From: Fistulifera solaris
Taxonomy: Eukaryota
Reading direction: 5' to 3'
Length of the DNA: 64,000 nucleotides
Assembly (NCBI GenBank): GCA_030295235.1
Contig: AP026164.1
Location: 310,001 to 374,000, forward strand
Shown piece by piece: positions 36,453 through 48,798 of the stretch (position 1 is its first letter; each line of letters opens with the position of its first letter). The notes below the pieces were generated by a model. It did not search any database. It was not told where the DNA came from and saw only the letters and a program-made list of their open reading frames with translations. Made by a program: the position numbers and the translations under genes.

Positions 36453-37288
36453 TTATTTGTCTAATTATCGAAACGCTCTCATTTTGAAATGTGTTTTCTC
36501 CACACCAATTCGATTATATTATCATGTGATACATTTGCGATGCGCAATCAGATCGTTGGGCTATCATTTCCGCTGGATCGTTGGTCGTGGATCTTGACTA
36601 TACACCGAAAGTGTTACTCAAGATCAGTCCTGAGTATGAACTAATGGATCGCTAGTTTATTTGTCAAATTATCGAAACGCTCTCATTTTGAAATGTGTTT
36701 TCTCCACACTCCACACTCCACACCAATTTGATTATATTACCATGTGATACATTTGCGATGCGCAATTAGATCGTTGAGCTATCATTTCCGCTGGATCGTT
36801 GGTCGTGGATCTTAACTATACGCCGAAAGTGTTGGCGACTTTTCGACAAGTCTCAAGTTAGACTCAAGCACAGTCCTGAGTATGAACTAAGGGATCGCTA
36901 GTTTATTTGTCAAATTATCGAAACACTCTCATTTTGAAATGTGTTTTCTCCACACTCCACACTCCACACCAATTTGTTTATATTACCATGTGATATATTT
37001 GCGATGCGCAATTAGATCGTTGAGCTATCATTTCCGCTGGATCGTTGGTCGTGGATCTTGACTATACGCCGAAAGTGTTGGCGACTTTTCGACAAGACTC
37101 AAGTTAGACTCAAGCTCAGTCCTGAGTATGAACTAATGGATCGCTAGTTTATTTGTCAAATTATCGAAACGCTCTCATTTTGAAATGTGTTTTCTCCACA
37201 CTCCACACTCCACACCAATTTGATTATATTACCATGTGATACATTTGCGATGCGCAATTAGATCGTTGAGCTATCATTTCCGCTGGAT
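36453..37288. repeat. Tandem repeat, about 3.5 copies of a 246-bp unit (first unit 204 bp)
   Basis: ATTATCGAAAC(G/A)CTCTCATTTTG recurs at 36464, 36668, 36914 and 37160, and the units are nearly identical. Confidence 0.95.
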
Positions 37289-37490
37289 TGTTTCGTTTCA
37301 CGCTTGACGTCCGCACCTCCGTCCGCCGTGTTTTTTTTTGCTGGCCCTGTTGCACTACCAGTACCAGGTATGGCATCCATTTGCATGATGCTTGATGATT
37401 GCATGAGATTGCACGTTTGAATAATAAAGACACAAACAAAGAACGATCTAACGTCGATATAAGTAACTTAGAAAGCAAACTAAAGTAACA

Positions 37491-39766
37491 ATGGCATCAG
37501 CAATCCTTTATAAATTTCGCTCCGGCACGACCTTTGAAGCGCTGCCTCTTCCTGGATCTGCTGCTCGTTTGTTTGACGTCAAAAGGCCATTGTTTTAGCG
37601 AAGAAGCTCGATCAAGGCAGTATGGAATTTGATTTATCTGTTCGAGATGCGACCACGAATGTGGAGTACACGGATGATACGATGTTGCTGCCTCGAGGGG
37701 CGCGACTTGTTGTGCAGCGTTTGCCTGTTGCAAGGTATGTTTTATTCTTATGAAGATCTCGATTTTTTTGTGTTTTACCTTTCTCACCTCTTTCCTATTT
37801 CATTTTGAATATATAGAGGACATGGAATCTTGGCGAAAATGGCTCGCAGTCAGCTAGGCGTGGGTCATACTGCTGCCGGGCCGTTAGGCGATGCTGCCCC
37901 TAGTAACTTCTACACGATCGACACTCGCGCCAACGACGATGAAGACGAATTTATTAGCACTAAGACAGCCGAAGAAAAAGAGCTCGAGGCTCTTCGTGCG
38001 GTGACGGACGCTTCACAACGTAATACGGCATCTACTAGCATTCGACCGGGTGTCGGATTTCGTCCGGGGGCCGCAGCAGCGTCTGCAGCAGGACCACCTC
38101 GTCACCAACGTCCGAATGCCGATCCAGAGCTACGCGAGTTACAGCAACGGGAGTCACAGCAACCGAAGAAACGGGCAACGGGTATTCCGCGAACTTTTTT
38201 GAGTTTATCGGCACCTGCTAAAACGACGGATGGCGAAGGAAACGAATCGAATGTACTCACGATACAGCCGAACACCGTTGGTTTTGAAGAACTCATTAAC
38301 CGTGGAGGCGGTCAATCTGAAAATGCGTCTGGTAGTAAGCGAGATTTAGATTATGCTCTGAAATTAACTGCTTCGACAATCCCTGAATATTTGCAGTGTT
38401 CTATTTGTGGAGGAATCGTTAAAGATGCTATGATTTTGCCGTGGGACGCCGAAGGTAGAACAACTTGTGAAATGTGTATTCGTGACGCCTTGACACAGAA
38501 TGGATTTCGCTGTCCATTGACAGGTCAGGAGGGTGTTAGTCCGGATGATCTGTTGCCGAATTTAGCTTTGCGCAAGGCAGCGGAGCAATTCGTAAAAAAA
38601 GATTATACAGCAGATGGAAGAAATTGAAAAGCAGCAAGTGGAAGAAGATAAAGCTTCCGAGTCTGCCGACGGAGGCGATGGAACGTCGAACTTGTTAGAA
38701 GGCGACGGAGCCGACAAAGGGGTCATCTTAACAAAACGTGCGACTGTTGCGGAGAGACGCAAGAAGCAAGAGGAGGAAGATCCTTTTGGAGGAAAGGATG
38801 ACTTCGGCGGCGACGTGTTTGCAGTTGCTGTTGGAAAAGAAGTCGAACAAGAAGAAAACAATGAAGGTGTCTCCGAACCGGACAAGCCGCCTGTGCAAAC
38901 ACCTCAAGTGAAGATGAAAGTTGACGATGTGGCAATATCGGAAAAGGACAATCTTAATAGTGCGCCATCGCCTGTGATCCCTTCAGCAGAGAGAAGTGAC
39001 AACCATAACGGAACTTCTCAAGCAGAGCACTTAATAGTGGAAACAACCGCCAGGCCCAAGTCCCCCACCTTAAATGAGCAAAGTCCACATGATCCATCAT
39101 CTGGCAATCGCCGCGATCGGCGTCGCGGGCCACCGGCTGGATACACGATGGGGCCTGCAGGGGGTGCAGCTGGAGGACCGCGCGAAACAACGCACGCACG
39201 TTCTTATAACGACAGTGATGGAGGCCGAGGACGCGGAAGCGGGAGCCGCTTTAGAGGAGGTAGAAATTGGAATGAAAGAGGCGGTGCCTGGAATGCAGAT
39301 GGTCCTGGTCGCAGAGATGATGTAAGTAAAAGTTGGATTCTCCGGCCGCTTGACTATAGTTTGGGAACAATAAATTTTAGTAGATCTAGCTGGCTTGCTT
39401 TATAGAAAAAGCGTGTGGTGGCAATGTTGAACGCACGTGATATTATGTTTGTGCTAACAATTGATTGTTTTGATCTTGCAGCAGAACTTCGGCAACGAGA
39501 GTGGCGCTCGTCCACCGAAGAGGCCCCGTGCCGATTCAACTGAAGGCGGACCAGACGAACATTCGTCCACGACCTCGTCACATTTTCACGACCGTCACGA
39601 TGACTATAGCGGAGGACGCAACTCTTATCGAGGCCGAGGACCACCGCGGGGAGGAGGCTATGGTGGACGCGGTCGTGGAGGACACGATGATTTTGGCGGA
39701 GGTCGCGGTGGAAACTTTCGAGGTAGAGGACGTGGCGGCTTTAGGGGAGGTAGGGGACGCTTCTAG
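37491..39766 (+). CDS. RBBP6: RBBP6/Mpe1-like cleavage-polyadenylation factor (DWNN domain, RING/U-box-like domain, RGG tail); introns near 37734-37817 and 39322-39484, frameshifts
   Basis: MASAILYKFRS...DWNN start, Y.DD..LLPRG.R.VVQRLP, KRATGIPRTFL, PEYLQCSIC...CEMCIRDAL...CP...L.PN.ALR, and RGG repeats. Confidence 0.85.
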
Positions 39767-40046
39767 TGGGGTATCGGAAATGCCTCTAGCATTTCTAGCC
39801 ACCTTGCAAGCAAAACGTTTAATTAAGAACTAGTAGCAAATCGACCATACTGAAGCAGCATTACAACTCGCGTAAAAACAATTGAAATGTTCAGATCGTA
39901 ATATACTAGTATATCCGCACTCGTCACTGAATGCTCAAAACATAGTTACATCGTTTGCAAATAAGTGTCCATTGTGCTCGCCGCACAATCAAGGAGACCA
40001 CGATCTCGATTGTCCAAGTGCAATATCTATTGAATTGCAAAAGACT

Positions 40047-41696
40047 CTAGTTCGCCCCCTTGTGCAACTGTGATGAAGGAACCGCCAAAAGACCGTGGAA
40101 TACATCTTTCTCGGCAAACAGTGAATCTGGTCGGACGAATGTCAACGGCACTGTGCCTTTCCCTTTTGCTGCTTTCGCTTGTTTCGTTCTTGTTCGAAGA
40201 GAGACTGATACGTATGAGCGAGAAAATCGTCTAAATTGTAGAGCGGAGTAGAGAGCTCTTGCTCCCGGCCAACCGACTTTGCGAGGGTTGAAACTGCTGG
40301 ATAGTAATGGCGTTCTAACGCACAAATTTCCCATAAGCTCGATTGCAAAGCATTTGCCTCCTCTGGATCGTCGGTCTCCGCATCGAAGCCGTCCTTCCAC
40401 TCGTCATCGTTCCGGTGTACCAAACAGGCCATCTCAAGACGTTTACGGAGCAGATTGGAACATAAGGCCAAGACGAACAGCACGCTCGGTACTGGTGCAA
40501 CCAAGGTACACCGAAGTAATCGCTTCACGAAAGCAGCCACGACGTGAGTGGGTAGCATTTCATTTCGAGTGAGACATTTGTCCAACAGTCGGAAAAAGCG
40601 CGTCCTATACTTGACGTAAAGCAAGCTGGGTGTGATCAGTCGATAAAGCTGCTTGTAAAAATTCGGATACTCCAAGCCATGAGTTGTAATGAGGAGAAAT
40701 AAACCATCAAGCGCCAGGACTGAAACGACGCCACCGTGATTATACGCCTCCATAAAGAAGTCAGAGAATCTTAGCGGATGTGGAACAAGAGGTAAGACAT
40801 TACCAGGAAGAAATCGTAACGCTTTCTTCAGCGCTATGGGAGGAAGGTCAAGCTTCAGCATAGCTAACCAGGCTTTCGACCAAGCTAATCGATGGCAGCT
40901 GACTTTTTGGAAAGTAAACATGGGCTTGATCGCTTTCGCAGCAGAGATTTTGGCACGTTTTGCGGCTGGCTGTTCGTCTTCCGAGTCACTTTCGGAACTG
41001 TCTTCACTCGCATCATCAAACCCGATCGCTTCGGCATCATCATTACTATCATCCTTCGGAACGGCATCCTCCGGAGGACAGAACAATAATCCGCCTTGAC
41101 TATCAAGATCTTTTTTGCGACGTAGGCAGTTGCATCATTGTCAATATTTCGAGAATACGTTCGGCTCTTTCGGCTATATCTTTTCCTTCCATTTGCTTCC
41201 CGTAGAGCTCATGAGCACATCGCGCAATAGCAATCATAGTGTAATACTGTACGTCTCGATAGGGATTCAAAAATTCCGCCTGTAACATATTCCGGATCGT
41301 TTTATCTTCCATTACGTCTGGTACAAAGCTCATGGCACGGATCCAGTCCAACAATAGATCGGTAGAGACAATATTGTGATCGCCATTCGGAACCGGCGTT
41401 GTCGCCACTACACCCCAGATCGTTCGGATAGCAGTTCGCTTGCCTTGTGCAATGCGATCACACAACTGTTTGATAAACAATTTGTGTTTTTGTTGAAGGA
41501 ACTCTTTCCATTTCAGTTGAATCGTACTGTTACTACTAGTTGTAGCGTGCATGTCTTGCGTTCGCTGAGCAAACACTTTGCGCAATTCGTCTAAGCGAGC
41601 CGCATCGACGCGATCATCGGGCGATTCGATCAACAATTCTTTGATTTTCTTGGCTACTTCTGCCGTTTTGCTGTTGCTACCTTCTGCTGATACCAT
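40047..41696 (-). CDS. NOC4: Nucleolar complex protein 4 (CBF/Mak21 domain); frameshifts near 41110 and 40165
   Basis: PYRDVQYY, LALDGLFLLI..HGLEYPNFYKQLY, LPTHVVAAFVKRL, DDPEEANALQSSLWEI and HYYPAV. Confidence 0.9.
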
Positions 41697-42012
41697 GATC
41701 AACTGTAACTATGAAGCGAAAACACTCGAATGAACCAATATCTACAAGGAAATCAACGCATTAGGGCAAGAAATCGGTGGGCATAAAATGATTGAGGAAA
41801 AACATGGACGTACTGAGGCCAGACGATATAGTGCTCACTAAACGTAAAACGACATCATCACAATCCATAGTGTCGTTTCGAAACTCATTCCCTGGACTAC
41901 TAACAAGAACCAATCATTTGTTCTCCGCTCTTATTATTTTTCTTTCATTTGTGAGGAACAAACACCTCTTGGTGTACAAGTAAAGGATCAATTAATAAAA
42001 ATAAAACTTACC

Positions 42013-43469
42013 ATGAGAATAATTACGGGCGACGAATGCGGTCTTCTCAAGGAATGCCATCCTTTCTTGGCAAAGAAAAGTTCCACAAAGACGCTCGATG
42101 ATAGCAAAAGTCGAACATTATTGTCGATGAAGGCATTCGACGTATCAACAATGGAGAGCGATCATGTCGTCGAAGAGGAATAGTCGCCCTGAGTTGGACA
42201 ATTGCTGAAGAAGACCGTGAATTCGCATCTCTACATCTGGATGGGAGTGTAGAAGTATGGGAAAGAGGACATTACGATGAAGAATTTGGAAACTACCGCT
42301 TTTCTCGAAAGTTTAATAACATATTCGGCAATGTAATCGGAGATGGAGGCTTGGATCCTATGAAGAGACCTCTGGGATTTTCACAGTATTCTATAAAAGG
42401 AAAGAATATGATTTGTGCTGCCAATACGGAAGGCAAAGTCGTGCTTTTGGACCCGACAGTCGACGATAAGCAAACAGCAAATGCAGTTCGGTCCTCGTTT
42501 ACTGTCTTTCAAGGAAGCAACAATAAAAGTACAAAGCTGGGAGTAACCTACCCGCTGGCAAGCTCCATGTCCGTTGATGAGACGAATCATTATGTCGCCA
42601 TGGGAGGAAAGGAACGAGAAACCGTGCTCTGGGATCTCAACACGTCCCAACAGGTATGGAAGGCCAAAAATCTCCCCCCGGATGCACAAACGCTACTTCA
42701 ACCACAAGTTTGGCCAACTGCCATTTCCTTTTTAAAAGACAGTGTCTTTTCGAATGCGGACGGCAATATAATGGCCGTAGGAAGCGCGTATAATGAAGTT
42801 CGAATATATGACATTCGTATCAAAGACGCTCAAGCCATCCGTCGCCCATTTGCTGTCACACCCTTTGGGTTGATTGAACACCGTGTCACAGCGCTTTGTC
42901 AAACCAACGCGCACACTTTGGTGGTAGGAGATTCGGCTGGCCATCTCAACGCAGTCGATTTGCGTAAACTCGGAAAGAAGTCGCGCGTCAAAAAGTCCAT
43001 CACGACCACAGTTGGGTCACAGGGCCGATTTGTTGGTCCGGTAGGTTCCGTTCAGAGCGTTGTGAAACACTATGATAGTCCTGTGATAGCAGCGGTAGCT
43101 TTGGATCGGATGTTACGAGTGTATGACAGCGAGAACCGCAAAAAGCTAGCTTGTATGTACTTGAAACAGCGATTGAAGTGTGTTTTAGTGGGTCGAGAGC
43201 GCATGGTTCGCGGAGACGAAGATAGCATTTTGAGTGAAAATGAAGGGGGCATCGACCAAGAAGATGTTGTTGACGACTATGTGGACTCAGATTTGGAAAA
43301 TTCCGTGAACGAGAACAACCGCGATGACGACGATGACGAAGAGCACTCACAAAGCCAAGACAGCCAAGAGCCTTCCGATAGTGACAGCGAAGATGAGAGT
43401 GAAGAGGAATCGTCTGCCAGCGATGACGAATATGAGGCACCACCAACGGGTAAAAGAAGAAAGCAATAG
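42013..43469 (+). CDS. WDR74: WDR74/Nsa1 60S ribosome biogenesis WD40 protein; frameshift(s) near 42070-42120
   Basis: N-terminal MRIITGDECGLLK, then GGKERE..LWDL...VWKAKNLPPD..L, VRIYD.R...RRP, LDRMLRVYD and YLKQRL. Confidence 0.88.
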
Positions 43470-45539
43470 CGAGCTCGTCTTGGTTTTTGTCTCTTTATTC
43501 GTAAATCTAGTTGTAAATCTAGATCTGACTCCTCCTAACCTCTAACATTTGCAAATGGCGGTTCCTTTGGTACAGTAACAGGTAACAGGGCATTCATCCT
43601 TGCGATTACTCGAAGAGGGACACCACAGATACCGCACGTCGTTCATCGTCATTCTCAAGTAATGGTGATCGCGTTGTCGTCACATCGTTCCCCTTCTGCA
43701 TTCAACAATAAAGAAGATTTGAATTATTCTATAGTCATTTTATTTTATTATCTCTCGTATCTTCAATTTTTTGAAACTTGATCTCCGACAATGGGCAGAC
43801 ACAGACACACCAACAAAATACACATCGAAGCTCTGCAATTGAAATAGCAAGACCGAATGAACGCAAAAAATCAATCGCTCATCAACACCATAATATCATC
43901 GTCGTCGCGAGGCAAACAAAGTGCCTGTAATGGACTTGACATCCATTCTTTCCCCCTTGTTCAACTTGTATTTCAAACGCGTATTTCGCTGGTGAGATAC
44001 GAGCAGGCCGGGCTCGCAGCTGCGTTCATCATTATTGAAAAATATCCAGAGGCGTATATCGCGACATTCATTCGTGGATCGTGGGATCCCAACCGATACA
44101 TGGAGAAAACCGTTGCTCGAGACAGAAATACTTAGATAGTTCCCTCTAAATGATTTTTAAATTGAGTTTGTGAACACAAACTGATTTTGATTTTACGATA
44201 GGAGAAGCGGAGAAGCATCGCCAAACATCTTTGTCTCTTTTTTCGCTGCGTTCTTCTTCTTCTCACATCTCCTCTCAAAGGCGACTGAGAGAGGTTTGAT
44301 GTCCTCCCCGTATTCAGTTGTTGCCAAAGCTGTGGCCTGCGATCATAGCTTGGGACCGTATGGTTGAATACATAGTGGGAGCGCATGAAGGGTTGTGGTG
44401 CGTATGTCCCGAGGAAGGAGGAGTCGTCTCGCGAAAGGGCAACCTCGTGTCGTCTCGACGATTCGCTTGCCTGCTTGCGAGGCTTCCTGCCTTACCGGAA
44501 AACACGCAGTTGGAGCATTGTGCTGGGAAAAGTTCTTCACCTGAGTTGTGGGATCCATGAGGCGTGCCGAAGAACTGCGTGCGCCGATGATTGGTGAAGC
44601 AATGGTAACGGTTGAGCGGGGTTTGGGGTTCACCCGCTGAGCAGCTTATGAAAGCCACATTCGCCTTTCCGCTCCCAACCGGATACATGGGCGTTTGTGA
44701 TCGCTTGTTGACATCTGCTTAACGTCTTCGGAGCTCTTGCGGTGCTTATGAGTTATCCTAGAAATAGGTTAGCGGTTACGGGCACTAGCAAGGGTCCCCC
44801 ATATGTCCCAGCACAATGAAAAATGTATACCACAACTCCTACATGCTAACACTTGTTCATTTCAACACTAAATAAAGTAAAATTAATAAACTAAGACAAC
44901 TGATGGATGAGCGAGGCGGGTAATGACGATGGGGAAACTCTTCCATGTGACACTCTCCGATTCCGTGCGCTCAAGCGGTTTCATGGTCGTTTTTTTATTT
45001 GCTCTAGTTTCTCCATCTTTTGTTGTGTTACGCTCTGTGCTATAATACTCACTCCAATTTCTTCCAAAAGAGCCTTCAGTTTCTTGCTCAAATTACGGAA
45101 CGCGCGAGAGGAGATCCTAATTACCCAACATGTTCCATCTCGGCCACACGTTCCACAATTAGTGACATCCGTAACATCAACATTCACAAGAGTCAAATCC
45201 CAATATTGGGACTAAAATCGATTTCCGCGTGTCTCCCGGTATGTTTTTACGGCCTTGAGGTCCCTTCGGATGTATCTTAACGATACGTATTGTTAGCACT
45301 GCGAATTGTAGATGCAGTGACAACGAAAGAGACAATAAGGAAAGGGCACTTTCGGAAAAGAAAAAACGACGCGGACTTTGAAATTCCTTGTTTTCGGGGT
45401 GCTTTTTTCGATGTCACGACAGGAAGCTTCGTCAATACATGTCTGTTTCTAACACATGAACCTGCATTGATTCTTCTTTTTTTCTGTTATTCCACAAGAT
45501 TGATGAGTGCTTGATGATGATGCTGTGATCGCAAGATCT

Positions 45540-47105
45540 TTTGTCACTATCACACCAGGGGCTTTGTCGGCTGACCCCTAATAATTAAGACCAGCACTAC
45601 GAATAAAACGCATTCGCCCAGCCTAGCAAGTCTAAGGTGCCAGCCTCCGTAGGTAAAACAAGCGCCCCTCCGCATTGCATGCAAGTCGTCCGAATTTAGA
45701 ACAGTGCCTCGAGCCAGAGCAAGTCGATTAGCATATATTTTGCCATGCTCTTCACAACCAAGCGACGCTGAAGCATTTAATGAAATATATCGAGGCCATG
45801 CTTTTTAAAATCTTGTCCTTATACAGCGCAAATGGCCTGGGAAAAGATAGAATGTAGCGATTCCTTCAAGCCGTCACTGAAGCATCTAACTGTGCAATAG
45901 TGGAAGGGGATGGCGATTGAAAATCGCTCCCTCAAACCGGTGAGATCTAACCCTATTTGTAGCAAACTAGCAATCGAATCGCCGTGCAAGTGTTCAACGT
46001 GTATCTTTTGAAGTGTTCACTAAAATTCACTTTGAGTGAGCGCCAAAGAAACGGTCTTCAAAGCCGCTCTCATCTGATTGTGAATAAACGCTGCACTCTC
46101 AAACCCAAATTGGTAACGGAGCAATTCAAGCACACGTCGAAGAACTTGGCCAAACTTTATCAGTTTTGGCAATCAAAGAAGCAATCCAAAAATCAATCTT
46201 TTTCAACTTGCGGAGCTCGCCATCACCTCAATTGGAACCTTCTTCTGGAATCTCAAAGACATCTCCATTTGACATAAACATCGATGTGTTCATCTGATCT
46301 AACAGCACGTTTTCTTCTGGTGATGTATTTTTCGTTTGATTACTCATCATCGCAATGCGATCCAGCTCCTGAAGAACAATGTGAGATATTTCAGTCCTAC
46401 CGAGAATGTCGCCCTGGTCTGCAATAGGACGAAAAACACCCGAGACAATGACTTCTCTGGAACACACACGTATGAGATCGTCTGGGGCAAGTAAATACGA
46501 CCAATGCTCGTTCAAAATTTCCATTCTTTTCAAGATTGAGTTTTTCGTCACATCAAGGGGTCCAGCTTTCGAATCATAGGAAGAGATGGTATGAACAGTT
46601 GTTTTTGGCGACCTAGTGAGGAAGTAGCTAGCGAAAAACCAGCCGTTGCAGCCCCTACCATGCGATGAGCCACGATAGATTTGCTGCCAGTGATATTTTC
46701 ACGTGCTATGAAGAATCGGAAAATCACGTATTCCTTTTGGCGATTCGACTGCTATTTTCAAGACCTGCATTGCCGTCAACATCAACATGAGCCATACAAA
46801 CTTTCCGATTCCTTGTGAAGTTGCCGAGCCTCCTCCAAAGAATCGGCAACGGGTCTATCATCGTTGAATTTATCGTTCGTTAAATTAGAGAGCTTTTTCT
46901 AATCTAGCCGTCATGTCTAGTAAAGGAGTTGGATAGCGCGGATCCAAGAAAACGCTTCATCATTATAATCGACGCCCCGCTTCACATCCTTAAGAACAAT
47001 GCATTGCTTTTTCTCTCCTTCGATTGCCAGCATTTTCCTTGCATTTGGTGAAAGCTTTGAGGAGAGTATGCCAGCAATAGGGCTTTGTACGGCGGATACG
47101 CCCAT
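45540..47105 (-). pseudogene. Degraded coding-like fragments of unknown family
   Basis: Short collinear protein-like minus-strand ORFs (46917..47105, 46228..46551) broken by stops and frameshifts. No recognisable domain. Confidence 0.3.
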
Positions 47106-47491
47106 CCAGCCCGGTGATGATTACGGATACACGGATCCATCATCCACAGCATTATTGGAATGCCACGGCTTGATTATAGATCATAGACATAGCCCGCTTG
47201 TCTTGTTGAGTACCTGGTACTGTAACAACAACAAGAACGGCACTTACAACTGTATGGAATGTCGAAAGTAGGAATCTCAGAAAACACGGATTGACCATGC
47301 TCATACATTTTGTTGAAGTTCCGTATTCCGTCTGAAGTCGAGGTTGAAGTCGGGTCCCCAACTCCGCCGCCGATGAGTACGTGTTTTTCGGTCCTCCGTT
47401 CGGCGCACAATGAAGTTTACATTTTGTTATTATTTGAGTCGCTGAAAGAGATCGCAATCAAGCATTGATATAATATACAGTTAAAACAGCC

Positions 47492-48750
47492 ATGCGCTTC
47501 ATTCTCCTTGCTTCCTTTTTGGTGACTGCCAGCAGTTTCACGGTTCCTTCTTGGACGCTAACGAGTCAACAAAAGACCGGTCTTTCGTTACTTCCCACAC
47601 AAGCCGAGCAGGCCTCATTTTATCCATTTGAGGACTCCAAGTCCGCTCTCCAACAAGCCAAAGGTTCCACAGAGAAGGATGGAAAAGTCCGTCAGCTTTT
47701 GGGACTTCGTGGTGCTTCGGAAGAGACTGATATCTGGAAGATTCGATTGCAGCTCACCAAACCGGTGACGTGGGTCCCTCTTGTTTGGGGTGTCATGTGC
47801 GGCGCAGCCGCCTCGGGAAAACTATCACTGGATGTGGAATCCGTTTGATCCGAACGATCGCGATATCGCTTTAGGCGCGGAAGATGCCCTGAAAGGCTTT
47901 GTTGCAATGATTCTAGCTGGACCGTTCTTGACTGGATACACTCAGACGATCAACGACTGGTATGATCGGGAGATTGATGCCATCAATGAACCGTATCGTC
48001 CTATTCCCTCTGGTGCTATTTCAGAAGGAGAAGTTATTTTTCAGATTTGGTTTCTTTTGCTCGGAGGCTTGGGTATTGCGTACGGATTGGATGTCTGGGC
48101 TGGTCATGATGTTCCGACCGTGCTGCTCCTCAGTATCTTTGGTTCCTTCATCTCCTACATTTATTCCGCGCCGCCTCTTAAATTGAAGCAAAATGGATGG
48201 GCTGGAAATTATGCGTTGGGTGCGTCGTACATTTCTTTGCCTTGGTGGTGTGGTCAGGCCGTTTTTGGCGAACTTGATCGTCCCGTTTACTTCATTCTGT
48301 GAGTAAATGTTCTGCATTCGTTGGTGATGCTTATCTAAAAAGAACTTGACAGCTCACTTTTATTTGCTTCAACTTGATAGCCCGATCCTTTACTCGATTG
48401 CCGGATTAGGTATCGCGATTGTAAATGATTTCAAGTCCATTGAAGGAGACCGTGCGTTGGGTTTGCAATCTCTTCCTGTTGCCTTTGGCGTAGATACGGC
48501 GAAGTGGATCTGCGCTTCTTCGGTCACTTTGACACAGCTCGGAGTAGCTGCTTACCTTTTCAGTTTGAACGAACCTCTGTATGCAGGAATCCTTTTGGCT
48601 TTGATTTTGCCGCAAATGTATTTCCAAGCGACTCTCTTGTTGCCGGATCCCATTCAAAACGATGTAAAATACCAAGCGTCCGCCCAACCTTTCCTTGTGT
48701 TCGGAATCCTTGCAACTGCTCTTTGTATCGGACATCACGATTTCGCATAA
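47492..48750 (+). CDS. chlG: Chlorophyll synthase, plastid-targeted; intron near 48299-48380, frameshift near 47820
   Basis: Bipartite ASS-F signal, WKIRLQLTKPVTW, QTINDWYDREIDAINEPYRPIPSG and NDFKSIEGDRALGLQSLPVAFG. Confidence 0.97.
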
Positions 48751-48798
48751 AACTACGGCAAGAAGTGTAGAATCTAGAGATGATGAATAAAGCTTTAC

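Noticed and set aside
36453..37288. Tandem ncRNA genes (5S rRNA, snRNA, snoRNA)
   Set aside because: No recognisable conserved RNA motifs on either strand. An Rfam search would be needed to exclude this fully.
45222..45237. Possible third element terminus (TTCCGCGTGTCTCCC)
   Set aside because: Only about 10-14 bp match the terminus, with no inward homology, so it could be chance.
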